Positions 19,602 through 32,575 of a stretch of DNA of 64,000 bases are shown in pieces. The notes under the pieces were generated by a model, which ran no database searches, was not told the DNA's origin, and saw only the letters and a list, made by a program, of their open reading frames with translations. This DNA comes from Isurus oxyrinchus (lineage: Eukaryota). Within the stretch, counting starts at the first letter, position 1, and every line of letters begins with the position of its first letter. Where the stretch lies: NCBI GenBank assembly GCA_026770705.1, contig JANJGN010000052.1, positions 2,666,001 to 2,730,000 on the forward strand, read 5' to 3'. The position numbers and the translations under genes are program-made.

Positions 19602-22600
19602 CTAGAGAACACACAGAAAGAAATCATCACTGACTCTCCGCTTTCAATCTCTCACTCTGGCTGAACAATCAAGCTTCATATCACTGCAACATTTGCTGTA
19701 ATATTGACCCATCCACTGGGATTCAATGTGGAATGAATGTTTTCATTGTAAACACTCTAAGAGTGGACAATCGGTACTTTCCCCTTAGCGTGGAACATTG
19801 GTGAGAATGGATCATTGTGCTGTTGGACTCCCTGTCCAATGTTTCTCTCCATCGCTGTGTACAGGATTGTGCTGTAGAAAATTCTGGAAACGTTTAGTGC
19901 AGGGTGGAAATCCATCTCGGACGTGTGTGCGAATTGGGCAGGATCGAGATGGACTCCCCCACGGACATACACCCCCCGCTTAATAAACAGTTCCAATCTT
20001 TACCCAGAGAGAGGGGAGAATGTGGAACTCGCTCCCACAGGGAGTGGTCGAGGTGAATAGTAGCAAATTAGGAAGTGAAATTGCTTGAAAAGCTTGGAGA
20101 TGCAAGGGTTAAGTGTTACCGTGCTACCACTGGTGGGAGAGTGTAACTACAGTGTGACGTTTACATAGGCAATCCCCATTATGAACATGGACATCATGTG
20201 AAAAATGGGCACTGGAAAGCTGAGAACTTGATGTAAGCTTTTCACCAACAGGAATTCCCTTCCTAAACCTCTCCACTTCCCTCTTATTCTCAGATACTCA
20301 AACAAAATTTCACACAAAATCACGTAAGGAGGAATTGGGACTGGTGACTGGTCAAAGAGTTAGATTTCAGGAAGGTTCTTAAAGTAGGATAGAGGGTTGG
20401 AGAGGCAGAGAGTATCTGTGAGTATCTCTGTGCATCTGAGTGTCTGTAATAGACTTTGCAATTTCCATATTCTTCCATAAATATGAAAGGGAACACAAAT
20501 CCCAGAATCCAGGTCAACTCTCCGGTGCAGCACTGAGGGAGGTCAGGTAATCCACAGGGGAGTATGTGCTAGTGTGTTTGTGAGTGTGTCTTTGTGTGTG
20601 CTCATAGATGTGGGATTGTTTGTCTGCAGGTGTCTATTTAAGGCTGTATATTTATGTGTGTTTTTGTAGTGTTTCAATCTGAGAGAGATGTTGAAGTTTG
20701 TCTTAACTAACGTTCCACAGTGATGGTTATGAACCCCTCCACTGCTCCATGTTCATTCTCTGAGCACACTGATAGTCTCCAGTGTCCCTGGATGTAACTG
20801 TGAGGAATCACCAACCACAGCTCATTGTTGGAACTTGTTCTGTTCATTGTGATATTCAGATGTCAGGACCGGACTCAACAAGACAGATTGCAGGTTTACC
20901 AACAGAAAGTGAACAACAATTTATATTTAAAGGGAAGAAAGTGCAGGTTAATCAGCAAGTGGTCTCTGATTGGAGGAGGTGTTGCCATGGAAAATAATGT
21001 GTGTGAGATGTAAAGTTTAGACAGCTTGTCCCTTCATTCAGCAATAATCAAATAAAGATCAGTTAACTTCTATCGACTGTGAAGCACTTTGAGAGGCCTT
21101 AGAATGTGGACACTGAGAACGGGCTGCACTGTCAGAGGGTCAGCGCTGAGGGAGTGCTGATGTAGAATGAAGGGTGTCTGTACTTACCTTGCACAGTTAG
21201 TACGAGGGTCCGCTCCGATGAAACAGATGGATATCTCACTCTGCAGCTGAGAGTGTGTCCGTGGTGTTTGAGTGATGGGGTCAGGGTCAGAACAGAAGTA
21301 TAGGTCAGAGTGACACCATGCTGAGTTACAGTGTTTGAGACTGATCCAGGTACGTCAGTGGGAGTGTCCCAGGTTAAGACAGGTGCTGCTGTTCCATTGC
21401 ACGTTGTGTTGAAGGTGCAGCTTACATCCACAGGCTTTCCTGCAATAATTTCAGCAGGGAATATCGTGGGTTTATCTGTGAAATCTAACAGACAGAGAAT
21501 GGATCCTTTTAGAGAAATATAACGTGAAGCATCAGTTCAAATAGAAATCACAGTCCCACAAGAGAAAGCACTTTTACAAGGATGATATCAGAACTGAGAG
21601 GTTACAATGATCAGGAGAGAATTTCCTGCTTTGAGACTTTGGTGTTTCTGTCTCTCAGCTTAATACACGTTCACTCCGAGACACTTGAACTGATAATAGT
21701 GGGTGAGGGTGAAGGAGCAGACCAGAGTTTGGAGTGCACTACCCCATCATTCACTCAGCGATCTGGGCCATTTATTACTTTGCAATTTGTGGGAGCTTGC
21801 TGTGCGCAAATTGGCTGTTGTGTTTCTCACATTACAACAGTAACTACAATTCAGGAATCAGCTCATTGACTGTGAAGTGATTTGGCCCGTGCTGAGATGG
21901 TGAAAGGTGCTACAGAAATGTGAATCTTTCTTCTGTCGCTATGTCAGACTTCGAGTCAGGATTAGAGAGATCGATGGGAGTGGATAACCTGATAACATTG
22001 ATGGACACAGTCAATACATTTAATCATTGATATTAAAGTGAGTATTAGAGGTTGCTTTAGGAGTGAACTGGAAGCTATCACCAGGTTATTGAGAATCAGA
22101 CAGTGTGTTATAATAAGCTGTGTTTTGTGTTAATATGTAAACGTCACAGTTTGTGTTATTTCCCATTGAGTGTTGGATGTGAATTGTTGAGTAATTATAA
22201 CACAGCACTTACCAGAAACGTGAAGCTGGGTTACAGGGTAATAGTTATGGCTCGGACCATTGTCAAATTCTATTCTGAAAAAATAAGGTCCTGCATCTTC
22301 CCGTGTGATGTTGTTTATAATCAGGGAACAGTCGCCATCTTTCAGGTCTCCAGACAGCCGGGTCCGATGGTGGTACCGTGGTAACTCGTGACTGTGATTC
22401 TTGGAGTGAAAGGCTACAGACGATGTTCCCCGTTTCTCGTTATTAAACCAGACTCCACCTCGCAGTTGGTTTTCCAGACACGATGGATAACTGTAGTGAC
22501 ATGGAATCTGTACACACGAACCTTCCTGCGCTGTCACCTCTCGTGGAGTGTCACCTTTCCACTCTTGTGAGGGTTCAGCTGGGGAGAGAAATCTCAATAT

Positions 22601-25600
22601 TTATCTCTGAATGGTTTGTGGATCCACTGAACCCGATATTTACAGATGAGGCTGAATTGGGGGGATGGTCAATACTGAGGAGGACTGCAACAAATTATTT
22701 TGGCAGGAAGAATAGAAAAACAGAATATTATTTAAATGGAGAGAGGCTGCAGAATGCAGTACAGAGGGATCTGGGTGTCCTTGTACATGAATCACAGAAA
22801 GTCAGCATTCAGGAACACCACGGAATGAGGAACGCAAGTGGAATGTTGGCCTTTATTGCAAAGGGATGGAGTATAAAAGGAGGGAAGTCTTGCAACAGCT
22901 GCACAGGGTGAGATTGTATCAGGAGCAGTGTGTACAGTTCTGGTCTCCTTACTTAGGGAGGGATAGACTTGCATTGGAGGCAGTTCAGAGGAGGTGCACT
23001 GGGCTGATTCCTGGGATTAAAGGGTTTGTCCTGTGAGGAAATGTTGAGCAGGTTGGGCCTGTATCCATTGGAGTTTAGAAGAATGAGGGGTGAGCTTATT
23101 GAAACATATCCGATTCCGAGGGGGCTTGACAAGGTGGATGCTGGGAGGATGTTTCCCCCTCGTGGGGGAATCTAGAACCAGGGAGCACAGTTTCGGAATG
23201 AGGGCTCCCCCATTTAAGACTGAGATGAGGAGGAATTTCCTCTCTCAGAGGGACGCTAGCCTGTGGAATTCTCTTCCCCAGAGAGCAGTGGAGGCTGGGC
23301 CATTGAATAGACTCAAGGCTGAGTGAGGCAGGTTTTTGATCGACAAGGGAGTCAAGGGTTTGGGGGACAGGCAGGAGAATGGAGTTAAGGCCACAACCAG
23401 ATCAGTGAGAGCAGGCTTGAGGGGCCGAATGGCCTGCTCCTGTCCCTATTTCTTATGTTCCTACATTCTTACCTTCTAAATATATTAAAGCTGCAGAATA
23501 AACATGCAAGTGACTGACCCGCTCGACCCACCTTCCATCTGGGGGTCCCATGGGGAGGACCCTTCCTGAGCCAGATCCATCAGCCAACATGGTCTGGATC
23601 CGAGCACAGGAGACACGGGGGGGAGTGAGTAACAGGCTCCTTGTGACAGGCCCCGTCTGTCCAATGGCTGGCTTTCAGCTGCCAAGGCCAGAGTGGTCCT
23701 TGCTAAAACCGGCTCAGGACAGGCCAGGACCCCTGTGCAGACCCCCTCCAGCGCTGCAGCCTCTGTACAAACCCCTCATGCGCTTGTGGAGAGACACAAA
23801 CAAGGCTGCGCATTACCGAGGAGAATCCCCTCTACGGACTAAGGGGCTGACTCATCACCTTAAACTCAGCAAATGAGGAGGCTCTCGCTCAGTATCGGGG
23901 CTTGGCATTCGCTCAATAAAAATAATCAAATGACATTTTGGTCAGAAATCTAAGGAGGTTGTATATTCCCTCAAAAATAAGACTCAAGCTGGGGTCTAGG
24001 GTCAAAGGGCAACAACTTATATTTACACAACAACTTTAACATGACAAATCACCCCAAGGTGCTACACAGGAGCGTCATAAAACAAAGTATGTCACCCAGA
24101 CACATGTGGCGATATTAGCGACAGCTGACCAGAAGAGGTCGGTGTTATGGAGAGACAGAGAGAAAGAGACAGAGAGAGAGAGAGAGAGGGAGCGGTTTCG
24201 GGTGGGAATTCCAGAGCTTAGGTTCCCAGGGAACTGAAGGCACGGCCGGTAATTTTGGAGCGATAGCATCCGGTGATGGTCAAGAGTCTGGAATTGGAGG
24301 AGCGCAGTGATCTCGGGGGGTTGTAGGTGCTGTAGTTTGTACAGAGGCTGTAGAGAGGCTACAAATTAGGAAAATTTGGAGAGGCTGGAGGAGGTTACAG
24401 AGCTAGGGAGGGTTGTAGAGTATGCAGGTGGTTACAGAGATAAGGAGGGTTGTAGGGGCAGGATGGGTTTACAGAGATACAGAAGGTTGTAGGGGCTGGA
24501 GGAGCTTACAGTGAAAGGGGGGTGGGTGTAGGGACTGGTGGAGGTTACAGGGTAAGGCAGGCTTTAGGGGCCTGAGTAGGTTACAGAGACAGGGGGTTTG
24601 GAGGGACTGGAGAAATTTATAGTAAAAGGGAGGCTTTAGGGGCAAAAGATAGTTACAGAGATAGAGAGGGTGGACGGGAATGGGAAATGTTATGGAGATA
24701 GGGGGTTTGTAGGTACAGGATGGGGTTATAGGGACTGGATGAGGTTACAGAGATAGAGAGTGCTGTAGGGACTGGAGGAGGTTACAGAGATAGAGAGTGC
24801 TGTAGGGACTGGAGGATGTTACAGAGATAGGGGTTGTTGCAGCGGTTGGTGAAGGTTACAGAGAAATGGACCGTTGTTGGAGCTGGAAGAGGTTTATGAG
24901 GTAGTGGTGGTTATAGGGACTGAAATAATTTACAGAGATTGGGAGTGTTGTAGGGGCTGGAGGAGGTTACAGAGATAAGAATGGTTGTAGGTACTGGAGG
25001 AGGACGAGGAGATTACAGGGATAGAGAGGAAACAAAGATGAAAATTTGGATATTGCGACTTTGCTTGACCAGGAGCCAGTGTCGGTCATCGAGCAGAGCG
25101 GGTGATAAGGGAATGGGACTTGGTGTGAGTAAGGACGTGGTCAGCAGTTTTGGATGGCCTCAAGTTTATGGAGTGTAGAGCGTGTGTTGGAACAGTCGAG
25201 TCTGGAGGTAATGAAGGTGTGGATGAGGGTTTCAGCAGCAGATGAGCTGAGACAGGTTGAAGTCGTGCGATGTTACGGAGGTGGAAATAGACGGTGTTAG
25301 TGAGGGCGCAGATATGAGGCCGGAAGCTCATCTCAGGATCAAATGGGACAACAAAGCTGTGAACAGATTGGCTTCAATCTCAGAGAGCTGCCAGGGAGAG
25401 GAATGGAGTTGGTAGCGAGGGAACAGAGTTTGGAGCGGGGAATGAAGACAATGGCTTCAGTCTTTCCAATATTTAATTGGAGGGAATTTCTGCCCATCCA
25501 GTACTGGATGTTGGATAAGCAGCCTGATAATTTAGCAGCAGTGGAGGAGTCGAGAGAGGTGGTGGTGAGGTAGAGCTGGGGATCCTCAGTGGACAGGTGA

Positions 25601-28600
25601 AAACTAACACTGTTCAGATGATGCTGCAAAGCCATTGCAAGTGATTCTCTGGCTACGATGAGATGGATAAGAATGGAGCCAGGGGAGAGCAGTCCCACCC
25701 AGCTGGACGACAGTGGAGAGGTGTTGGAGGAGGATGGTGTGGTCGATCGTGTCAAAGGCTGCAGACAGATCGAGAAGGACGAGGAGGGAAAGTTGACCTT
25801 TGTCACAGTCACACAGGATGCCATTTGTGACCTTGATAAGAGCTGTTTCAGCACAGTGGCTGGGGTGGGAACCTGATTGGAGGGATTCAAACATGGAGTT
25901 CCGGGAAAGATGGGAACGGATTCGGGAGATGGAAACAGGTTGCAGGACTTTGTAGGGGAACGAGAGGCTGGAGATGGGACGGGGGTTTACACGGACAGTG
26001 TGAGGGGTGGAAGGTGTAGTGGGGAGGAGACACTTCACTCAGGGGGGAGGTGTCATCACCCCTCAGCTTGGTTTACGTTACAGCTATGATGTGGATTCAA
26101 TCACACACAATAAGCTCATGGATCTGGGAGTAGAAATAGACAAATCATTAAAAATAGTGACGCTGGTTAACACGGCCAAAAAACAAGCAAATCAAACACT
26201 ATTATTTCCCGTTGAGTGTTGGATGTGAATTGTTGAGTAATTATAACACAGCACTTACCAGAAACGTGAAGCAGGGTGTCAGGATAGTTGCTGTAACTAT
26301 TGTTGCCGTCAAATTCTATTCTGAAATAATAATAACCTGCATCTCCCCATGTGATGTTGTTTATAATCAGGGAACAGTCGCCATCTTTCAGGTCTCCAGA
26401 CAGCCGGGTCCGATGGTGGAACCGTGTTAACTCGCGATTGTGATTCTTGGAGTGAAAGGCTATGATCCCTCTAGACCTTGTATTCCATGTATTCCATGTG
26501 TACCATTTCACATACCAGATTCCGACACGTGCTCTCCCGACTAAACGTGCTGGATAACTGTAATTACATGGAATCTGTACACACGAACCTTCCTGCGCTG
26601 TCACCTCTCGTGGAGTGTCACCTTTCCACTCTTGTGACAATCCAACTGGGGAGAGAAATATCAATATTTAACTCTGTGTGTTTTGACGATCCACTAGACT
26701 CGATATCCACCCCCTCCTTCACTGGGGCACAGTGGCTGCAGTGTGGACCATCTACAGGACACACATGGAACTCCCCAAGGTTTCACAATGGATGGGAGAG
26801 AATCCTGGAAACAGGAGTGGACAAGTTCATTCTACATTGGCTGATGGTCCTCAGGACCCTGTTTGTGCACAAGCCTGCTATCCAACAGAACTGAAGTTGG
26901 GGAAAATCCATTTGGAATTCCATTGTCCGGGGCATTGTGTTAACTTGCTGGGTTTGTTTTAAATCTAAAATCTATTTTTGGTCTGTTGCCTTAAAGGGAG
27001 TGTAACTGGGAGTCAGGTTAATTAGGAATTTTAGGAGTTATTATAGCTGTCATTGTAGTCTTATGTATGTGCTTGAAATCTTTTATTTTTGTGACAAATA
27101 TTTTAATTTATTTTTTTAAATCTCTAAAGATCTTGGTGGACTTATTGCTTCTGAATTCAGTGCACACATCTCATAATAAATACAAATTGCAAATTCATTA
27201 TGATCGTGTGACCACCTTTCTCTCATGGACTTGGTCTGCCTGGGTCACATCACCTGCCAAGTGATAACACTGTTGTAAAATGCCTTTCAGGGACAGCAGC
27301 ATGACATCACTCGAGGGGAAGTGTGTCATGTGATTTTTCAGAACTGGGGTTGGCTTAAGGAAGTTCTCTGTGTATTTGTGTGCGTTAGACATAAGGTCTA
27401 TCTTTCAGTTCAAGTTTAGTTTGTATTTCTGTATTTGGGTGTTTTGAAAAGGGGGAACTTGAGTTTTGGTTTCACTTTGGAAGAAGCCGCCTATCTAATG
27501 AGTTTTTATAACTCTTGAAGGGAAGTCAAAACAAACACGAGTTAGAAGAAACTGTGCTGTTGCCTAGCAACAGTGATCCAGGGAGAAAGACCCACAGAGA
27601 CAGAGAAAAACAGAAAAGTACTTTCAGTTCTGTTGAAAGGAGTTTCCAGGAGAAGCAGCAAAGGAGCGGGACAGATAGTCAGTCCCAAAGTAAAGAAGAA
27701 GCCAAAACTATCGAGTGGAACAGGAGAACGGGCCCAAGAAAACCTTCTAGTCAAATCTGAAAAAGGCCCTGTTAAGTGAAGTTAAGAGTGAGGAGCAGAA
27801 GAAGGCTCCAAACATAAAGGGAGAAAGCAGCAGGACACAGACCTAAAGCAAAATAGGCTTGCGAGAAGCCAGAAGATCCTAGGAGACACCACAGGTTGGT
27901 GACTCATTACTACGGCCATGTGAAGCCATGGTGTTCCATTGACACGGCTGAGCATTGGAGAGACAGGGCGTGGAAGGAAGGCTGAATGCACGTGGCGATC
28001 CAGGGGGCAGGAACATGGGAAGGAGAGTTTGAAATAGTGAAAGTGGACCCTTGTGGAAGGTGTATGAGTGAAAGTGTCATGTTGGAGAAGATTCCAAAGC
28101 GAGTTCTTGGAGAGTGGAGATTGGAAACCCTCATATGGATATCTCAGTTCATTGAGACAGGTTGGCGGACAGTGTAACAAGCGTCTGGGGTCAGATGAGG
28201 AGGGAGACATAGCATTTGTTTCAAGTGGGCTCTGTCACTTAGTTTAAGATTCTGGTGTCCCTGACCACAGGTCGTCTATTGGTTTACATCGACTGTGTAC
28301 TTAGTGTGAACATGATAGTATAAGATAGTTATTGTAACTTGTGTTATTTTTGTGAATCTGTATATATCTGCAAAGATATAGGTCTGGGTGAAGGAGTAAT
28401 GTAATATAGTTTGTCTTTCCTAGTTTAATAAATGTTTTATTCTTTTGTTAGAAGTTCATCAGATGATTCCTGAGACTCTGTTCAGTAGCTGCACTCCACA
28501 TTCCTAAATAAAAAATAAAAGTTAGGACCTATCAAGCTGAGTTCCACCCTGGGATCTGACTTGCCCAGTAGTAACATCAGCTGGGATGATAACACCATCC

Positions 28601-31600
28601 AGTCCAAGTTTCACTTTGGCCTGTGAGCAGAACATAGCTCACACAGTTTGGCTGCATGTGTCTCCCAGCTTTCTATCCTTGTATATCTGTTCTCATGTCC
28701 CTGTTCTAAATAACTGAACCCACAATGTATTTACCCAATTCCGTATCAGTGGCTGGTGCCTTTATATCATTATAAAAACACAACATGGTGATCAGCGGTG
28801 GTCAAACATTCTGGCAGCAAGATTCAGTACAGGTATGACGTGGTGAACAGCCTTAGATCGAGCTACATGGCATGAGACGACCGTCGACGCTTTGGTCAGA
28901 CCACAACAGAGACATAGCATCAGAGAGGGTTGAAATCGCAGTGTACTGACTGCTCAGGAAACCTTTGAAGACACAGTGACGGGAAAGAGCTCAAGTAAAG
29001 AGCTGGGGAGCAGACGGATCCCTCGTGGTGAGATTACAGCACATGGCCTGTAGGTCAGTGAGTGGGACACTGTGTATCGCCAGGACCAGCAGCGGGTTAG
29101 CTCAGTCAGGGAAGGCGAGTGACCAGGGTGTGGGCTGGATCGATAGTGAGTGAGGGAGAGTCAAACACACAAAAACCATTATAAAAATCAGCCCAGAGAA
29201 GTTAGTGATTATAACGGGCAGCTTCGAGATTGCTGAACAGTAAATTGAATAAAAAACAAAGACTCCATTACTCCGTGGTGTGTTCCTGCCACAACCCGTC
29301 TTCGTGGGCGGAGCTTCGGAAAAGCACACAAAAGGGGCTAAAGCGACACTCATCCCAGGTCCTGTAGGAGAAGGAAGGTCAAAGGAATATTGTCAGAATG
29401 TCCACGAAATTCCCCAGTTTGAACTGGGATATAGCTGACCGACTATCTGAATTCAGAATGTTTAAACAGCGTACAGAGCTCTGGTTTCCTGATTCAGGTG
29501 TGACTGAACCAGACGAACAAGCCATAAAAATTCACCTCTACACAGGCTGAACACATCAGGATTAACAGCAGAAGAGCGAAAGGATCCCCAATAGATATGG
29601 ACGATATTGGAAGACAGGTTCAGAATCAGGTTAAACTTCATATTCATCAACTAGAGTTTATGTCATTTCATCAGCCTACACAATCCATAGACCACTTCAT
29701 CAGCCGATGTAGAGAAAAGGGTACGCACTGTGATTTCAAACACAGAGCCTGCAGACACAGTTGTTGAGTTGGCGATCGCATCCACTCCCATGGAAGCCTT
29801 CCAGAAAGATCTGCTAGATAAGACCAAAACCTATAGCATTGAAGAGCTACTCAAGGATGGACATAAATACGAAGTGATCCTCGCAGGTCAACGAAGCTTA
29901 CAGGTCCTCAGTACAACATCAATTGTTGACACACTCACTAGAACATCCAAACCTAGTGAGACGTGTGGAAGGTGTGGCCTTCTGCAGGCACCAAAGAAAT
30001 GCCCAGCTTTCCACCAATCCATCAAGGCTTGTGGCAGAAAGGGCCATTGACAGCGGCAGGGCACTAGAGCAAAGGCTGATGCAGCTACAAAGAGCCGTGC
30101 GCTGATCCAAACAGACCCTACACAACGGGGAACCTTCAAGCAATAAGAATGACCATCCGCTATCCCATCAGGAACATATACATGCGGTGACTGACAAACC
30201 AGGAAATGGCGATGATGTGCACGATGAGACGAGGAGCGGTGATCGATATTCCACCTCTCACACATATCCTGACGTGGCTTGCCAATAAATTGTGGATTGT
30301 TGTCCTTAATGATATCTCTCAGCACATCAAATAAACTGAAAATGTCCCATAGGGGTGGGATTTTCTGGCCCCACCTACTTCCATGATTGTCCGGTCCGGC
30401 CGAAAGCCAATGGATTTATATCTGTCCCAATCTCAGAAACTACACCATCACCTCAGTTCATGACATAACATTGAAATATGCAGAAAGTTGCAACAATATT
30501 GGCAGTTTCAAGGGAGCTGCAACATTACACCTACAGGAGAATGCAAGTCTGTCAGACTCCTTGCGTTAAAATAAATACAATCCAACTTTGCCACACTATC
30601 TTGAGCCTTAACTGCCGAATAATTTCTCTGCCTTCCAGGTTCATTTGCTCTCTCTTCTAATTTTGGCTGTGCATCTCTCTCTGTTGAACCTCCTCTCGGG
30701 ATCCCATCCCCTGCCATATTAGTTTAAAGCCTCCTCAATTGCATCAAGGGTGTAATGTCAATTGAAACCAGGGGCAACATCCAAGAATGACAATCCCACA
30801 GATCAATGTGAGCAATTAAAGAAACCTCCAGACAATTTTGCCACCACAAGATCTTGACATAACAGCAGATTACCTCTACGCTTTAGAGACTCAAATATTC
30901 AACAGATCTATACACTTATGTAATTGTCAAGAAATATGAAAATAATACCAGAAACCTCTTGTTCCCTGTCCTTCTCAAAGATCCATCCCTGCAGCAGGAG
31001 CCTGAAGAGTTACTGATGTGGGGCTTAATTTATCAGATTGTAGAATGATCCGGAACAGAAGGATGCCATTTGGCCCATCGAGCCTGTGCTGGGCCTTTGA
31101 AAGATCTGTCCAATTAGTCCCACTCTCACCTCTGCTCTCTCCTCCACAGCCCTGCAAAATGTCCCCTTCAAGTATTTATCTAGTTCCCCTTCTGAAAGTT
31201 CCTGTTGAATCTGCTTCCACCGCCCTTTCAGGCAGTGAGTCAATGGTCTCTCTCTGAGCTGCAAAGTGCTCAGATTCTGTGAAATTTAAACTCTGCAGCA
31301 GGTCAGAGACAATCATAACTCAGCATATTTGACAGTTTTACACACAGACAGCTTTACCTTCCTTCTCTCTTTCAGTTATCTTGCTCCCTTATTGAAGTAT
31401 CTAGCAAGGTGAGAATGGACAGGAAGTGTGACACTGAACAGCCTGTCTATTCTAGGAGCTGCTGTGCTGTCTTCATGGGAAATTCTGAATAAAATCAGCA
31501 AAAGACACAAAATTTCAGGGCAATGTTATCCGAGTCCTAACATCGGGATAGACCTCATTCCCCAGTTTTTAACCCTGATTCTCTATTCAGCCGATCGCTC

Positions 31601-31980
31601 CCCTGTCACTGGCTGAACTACACTGACTCCCAGTCCAGCAATGACTCAATTTTCAAATTCTCATAATCGATTTCTTACCCCACCATCCCCCCTCTACACT
31701 CCCGATCCCTGTAACCTCCTCCAACCCTAAAACCCTCTGAGATCTCTGCTCTCCTCCAATTCTGCTGTCAGACAGGGAGTCAGTGTATATCACTGAGCAC
31801 AGGGGTGATGGGTGAATGGGACTTGGTGTGAGTTTGTACACTGGCTCACTGCTGAATCGGTTCCCAATCACAGCTCAATAAGAATGATCTTTTACAAAGA
31901 CTATTCACCATAAACCTGTCCGAGCTGACGATGATATTACCTTGGAGAAGAGACAGGAGGAAATAGGATTTCCCGATCAT
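19462..31980 (-). CDS. Siglec-like receptor A: L(31941-31980)-V1(26259-26645)-V2(22213-22578)-C2(21188-21484)-TM(19462-19601)
   Basis: All exons open with phase-1 GT-AG junctions; Siglec V hallmarks (CxxIPC, DCSL, YFFR essential Arg, no F-strand Cys); assumes the dead half exon at 20712-20864 is skipped. Confidence 0.7.
20712..20864 (-). pseudogene. 5'-truncated third Ig exon (copy A) with compensating frameshifts
   Basis: HLNITMNRTSSNNELWLVIPH...ENEHGAVEGFITITVE; no N-terminal half or usable acceptor; donor GTTAGT. Confidence 0.75.
21188..21484 (-). CDS. Siglec A C2-set exon
   Basis: DFTDKPTIFPAEIIAGKPVDVSCTFNTTCNGTAAPVLTW...LSCRVRYPSVSSERTLVLTVQ; 297 bp, phase 1/1. Confidence 0.9.
22213..22578 (-). 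CDS. Siglec A V-set exon 2
   Basis: EWKGDTPREVTAQEGSCVQIPCHYSYPSCLEN...GDCSLIINNITREDAGPYFFRIEF...LHVS; 366 bp. Confidence 0.9.
22690..23460 (+). mobile_element. CR1 LINE 3' fragment
   Basis: YYLNGERLQNAVQRDLGVLVHESQK...; LWNSLPQRAVEA; 3' tail. Confidence 0.85.
24000..26000 (-). mobile_element. L2 LINE 3' portion with embedded 32-bp minisatellite (24300-25020)
   Basis: LSLLVLLDLSAAFDTIDH, LQLNIGKTEAIVF and YFHLRNIARL motifs; L2 tail near 24000-24300. Confidence 0.85.
26259..26645 (-). CDS. Siglec A V-set exon 1 (divergent loops)
   Basis: ...SCVQIPCNYSYPARLVGRARVGIWYVKWYTWNTWNTRSRGIIAF...DAGYYYFRIEFDGNNSYSNYP...; 387 bp, intact splice sites. Confidence 0.88.
26890..28594. mobile_element. 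Probable LTR-like repeats (two adjacent pieces ending ...gataaca)
   Basis: TG start at 27271, AATAAA near 28427, similar 3' ends at ~27268 and ~28594; no clear target duplication. Confidence 0.35.
29380..30560 (+). mobile_element. Decayed Gypsy gag(-pol) fragment in Siglec A intron
   Basis: KFPSLNW...EFRMFKQR; SIDHFISRCREKG; CGRCG...CPAF...ACGRKGH zinc knuckles. Confidence 0.75.
31941..31980 (-). CDS. Siglec A leader exon (MIGKSYFLLSLLQ-G)
   Basis: acaATG, hydrophobic leader, phase-1 GTAAT donor; acceptor tttcag at 32023-32028. Confidence 0.85.
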
Positions 31981-32430
31981 TGTCCACTCCCAGATATTTC
32001 ATAAGCTTCTGACTCTCAAACTCTGAAAGAGAAAGGAGTTAATGAGACCTCACCTCTTGTCCGACAGCTCTCAAGAGATCAGAACTGCTTTTGGACAATG
32101 TCTTAACAGACTAATTTGATTCTCTGTGGGATGACAGGTGCTCTGCAGAGAGTTACAAGGCTTTAAGAAAGAAAAACATTGAAGGATTTGCATTTCTATA
32201 GCACCTTTCACCAGCTCAGGACGTCCCCAAGCTCATGTCTCTGCACTTCCCTCATCCCTTGAGCTAGAAAGATGTTCTGTACAACAGACTTGAGTCTCAC
32301 ACCCAGATCTCAATAACCAGTAGAAATCTTTCAAAGGCATCAATCATTGGAATCTGTCTTTATAAAGTCACAACATCAACAAAGGACGGTGTTGGTCGTG
32401 GAAGTGAATTCCAGTCGTTCCGTTACTTAC

Positions 32431-32575
32431 CCAGGACCTGTCCGAATGCTCGCCTGGGGAGGAACTGCCCACACGCTCTGCTTGGGCTGAATGACCTCTT
32501 CCTGTGCTGCTCCCTCTGTGTGTTTAATTAGAAAGGGTGGATGTGTCACTGTGAGACAAAATGAGGAAGTGGGTA
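32431..32575 (-). promoter_or_regulatory. Putative first non-coding exon/promoter of Siglec A
   Basis: Minus-strand donor GTAAGT after 32431; second UTR donor near 32053; AAAATGAGGAAGTG ETS/PU.1-like site ending at 32571; repeated upstream of each leader. Confidence 0.5.

Noticed and set aside
19418-19630. 70-aa Cys-containing ORF (also 36078-36290)
   Set aside because: Off-frame reading of the TM exon; the phase-1 frame gives the TM helix
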